This document shows positions 61,264 to 64,000 of a DNA stretch of 64,000 nucleotides, piece by piece. Within the stretch, counting starts at the first letter, position 1, and each line of letters begins with the position of its first letter. The stretch is taken from positions 13,268,001 through 13,332,000 of the forward strand of contig OZ210885.1 of NCBI GenBank assembly GCA_964658305.1. The letters run 5' to 3'. This DNA is from Leptogorgia sarmentosa. Lineage: Eukaryota. A program made the translations under genes and the position numbers. The notes beneath the pieces were generated by a model. The model searched no databases, had not been told where the DNA came from, and saw only the letters and a program-made list of their open reading frames with translations.

Positions 61264-61572
61264 TGACCTATGCGCAAAATAATTCAGTTTAATTCGATAA
61301 TTATTGTTCGAAATTTGTGGTGCCATTCGTGGTTTTAAGTTACAACTTTCACACAGGAAGTCAATAAGCGAGGAACTTGTAACAGGAAGTGAAGAACTTC
61401 TAACAGACTTATCGACTCTGGGAGTAATCGTTTGTCAAAGATAGAAAACCAGGACATTATCTGAATTTTAATCTTTTTGCAATATGAACTGAATTAGTGA
61501 AGAATAGCAAAGATAAATTGGGTAATAAAATTGAACGGCAAGCTTCTGAAATCAACACGGAGTTGTCAACGT

Positions 61573-61657
61573 GCCTCATTAGCTCAGAGGTTAGAGCACT
61601 CGTCTAGTAAAACAGCTAGTAAACCAGGTGTCCTGAGTTCAAATCTCTGATGAGGCT
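61573..61657 (+). pseudogene. tRNA-Thr: tRNA-Thr(AGT) with a duplicated anticodon segment
   Basis: GCCTCATTAGCTCAG..CTAGTAAAACAG-CTAGTAAACCAG..GAGTTCAAATCTC..ATGAGGCT. Confidence 0.8.
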
Positions 61658-62571
61658 CAATTTTTCTCGATTTCTTCGAAGCACGGTGAAGACAATTGCC
61701 ACGAATATGTTGCATGAGTTATATCCAAGATGTGGACACTGATCAAATAAAAAACCTAATCAAAGAGCCTTATGTACGATAAAGCATCTTAGAAGGTTTC
61801 ACCTGCATGTCGCCTCATTAGTTCAGGTGTATAGAGAATTGTCGAATTTAAAGTACGTAATAATAAGCATTTATAACTGGATTGGCGTTCATCTCATTTT
61901 GTGGGGAAAATATTTAATGGAAGGACGTTATATTGAGCAGTGGTTTGACGTTTAAGTTTAATATAGACGTGTCATAATCTATGACGCAACGACGAGAGCA
62001 CATGTTTAGAAGAGTGCGCTTCGAGTGCTAGTAGGAACATTTAGTTCAGTGTATTGGGTTTGTATTTGTGCTAACCACGCAGGGCTGTATATAAGTTTAT
62101 GCTAACTGGGAGAACGTTCATTGTTAAGTTGGATTTGTAACAGAAGTAAGTACGCTTATATCTTATATCTATTGTCATAAATCTATTAATTTGCATGCGT
62201 ATATTATAATTAACTTACATTGTATTTACATATTTAGATCGAATAAAAACTACTATATACGATTAACAAATCCAACGCCTGCGGTCTAAAGTTCTTGCGA
62301 ACTAAAACCCAAGCGGTAAACCTGACCCTAACCTTATAACAGTCTAACCCTAAACACTATGAAGCGAGGAAAAATGTCTTCATTTAAAAAGTTTTTGAAA
62401 AAAATAAACAAGTCTTAAAATGCAGCAAAAAGGCCTAAAAGAGCCGCAACGTCGTGTGTAGCAATTTAAACTCGTCAGCCACTCCCAATTCACAAAATCA
62501 GGAGAAAACCGCAAATTCCTGTCTTTATTTCACGATTTCTCTTCTCTTGTAAAAGTCTTTTTTGCATGTAG

Positions 62572-64000
62572 AAACCTATAATAAGAGAAAGCGGACAACT
62601 TTACTCCAACGCTTGAACTGGGAAGAACTTTCAGCTCCGTCCAGGAAAATTGAGAAAAACCTGCACGTCTTTGAAAAACGAATCAATGTTACTGCAGTTT
62701 GTGCTTCATATAAAGTAACTGGCTTGATAGAGAAAGAGATTCCGTGCGTGACAGTGTTTGTGCTTGGCAAAGGAAAAATTCCCGCAGGAGAAACCGACTT
62801 TAATGGATTCAGAGGTAACTATGGAGGACTTTTTGGCAATGCCGAGTTTGACGTTGTTGAAGGGTATTTTAAACTGGCAACTTCCGCTAAACCCGTTGAC
62901 GCGTCTTACGCTTTACCGTTGCGTGGCGGTGTCGGGATTGGCGTAGGCGGATGTGATCGCGCTGGAACTTTGGGTGGATTTTTGGAAGACAAAGACGGAA
63001 AGCGCTAGATTTTATAAAATGAGCATGTGCTTAATCCTCTCACAAGAACTGATGGCACCAACAAGGCGGTACATGTTGCAAGCACTTCAGAACCATTATT
63101 AGAAGACGTAGATGATATCAGTTACAATCGTTCAAATCGTCATAACAACGTTGTCGATATGGAGATTGGCACTGGCACTGAAAATATTATCGAGCAGCCA
63201 GCCCAATCGGATTATGATGTTATGAGAGAGGAAGCTAAAAAAGAATTAGATGAGTACAAGGAGGAGGAAGAAGAATTTAAAAAAGAATTATTGGCGAGCA
63301 GACAAAAAGGAATGACTGACCCAATACTGGTTGATCTCATGCAGGAAAACAAATTTGAACTGGAGAACGCAGAAGCAAGATATGAGAAAATTAAGAAAGG
63401 CGAACCAAGGGAAGTTGAAAAACGTGTTGTCAGTGGTTTGCAAAAAAATGTGCTATTGGCCGATCAAAATTGTAGCTTTTTTGTCGACGCAGCATTGCTG
63501 AGCTAGGTGAGAAGGGGGTCCGGTATATGGAGAAGTTGAAAGCCAGAAAAACCCCAGAGAATCGTTGTCCTGTATATGAATTTGAACGTAAAGATGGTTT
63601 TAGCCCCACTGGCGAAATTGTGAATCTGGAAACATTTCGTAAAGAAGAAGCGATATATGCGAAGTTTGGTCGAACGTCCGGCTTTACCGATAAAGGTTTC
63701 GTTGAAGACACAGTGCAAGAAGGGTTTCTGCACTTTCCGTCTCCTCTACCACCCCCCGGTTCCAAGTATCGCGGTTCTCCATTTTTCCACGTTTAACAGC
63801 TGTACTGTGAGAACTGTAAAAAGTGGTATCTTGACGAAAGGGCATCAACTGAAATTTCCAAAGAAGACCTCAGTGAAATTTTATGCACAAACTGTCGCAA
63901 ACCGTTGAAACCTCAAAATGAAAAAGACGTCGAAGATGATGTCAAAGGTTGCATTTTGTCCTACTGGGCCCTTAATTGCTTTGTAATTCGAAAAAATAAA
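62572..64000 (+). pseudogene. Trypsin-fold (PA clan) serine-protease-like pseudogene, runs off the window
   Basis: CVTVFVLGKGKIP..FDVVEG..GGVGIG..AGTLGGFLED..KR*IL*NEHVL..IIEQPA..FVDAA..KFGRTSGFT; two in-frame stops (63006-63017) and a frameshift near 63500. Confidence 0.75.

Noticed and set aside
63006..63017. Programmed stop-codon readthrough in the protease
   Set aside because: Two different stops plus a downstream frameshift fit ordinary pseudogenisation.

Overview
AT-rich, intron-containing animal DNA; the gene and repeat types suggest an anthozoan cnidarian (inference only). (1) 8.2-28.2 kb, minus strand: a nine-exon, phase-consistent gene (~829 aa) for a secreted mosaic protein: signal peptide, small Cys-rich module, YWTD/LDLR-class-B propeller, cbEGF, second propeller, EGF, cbEGF, SRCR. 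Its introns are packed with Helitron-like, hAT, Tc1 and P-like elements. (2) 32.7-42.1 kb and 60.9-61.7 kb: a decaying tRNA array with over 20 genes and pseudogenes; five are disrupted by short internal tandem duplications. (3) Between the two parts of the array lie a ParB/Srx-like pseudogene, a minisatellite, a Helitron, a Kolobok remnant, and an apparently intact soluble IRE1/RNase L-type kinase + KEN (HEPN) ribonuclease gene followed by a 42-aa TPR array whose variation clusters on one helix. The TPR array may belong to the same protein. (4) A trypsin-fold protease pseudogene runs off the right edge. The best leads are the kinase-RNase(-TPR) candidate sensor-effector and a CTCG/CTCG-mismatch hairpin signature shared by unrelated repeats. 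All family assignments are by eye from motifs; no searches were run.
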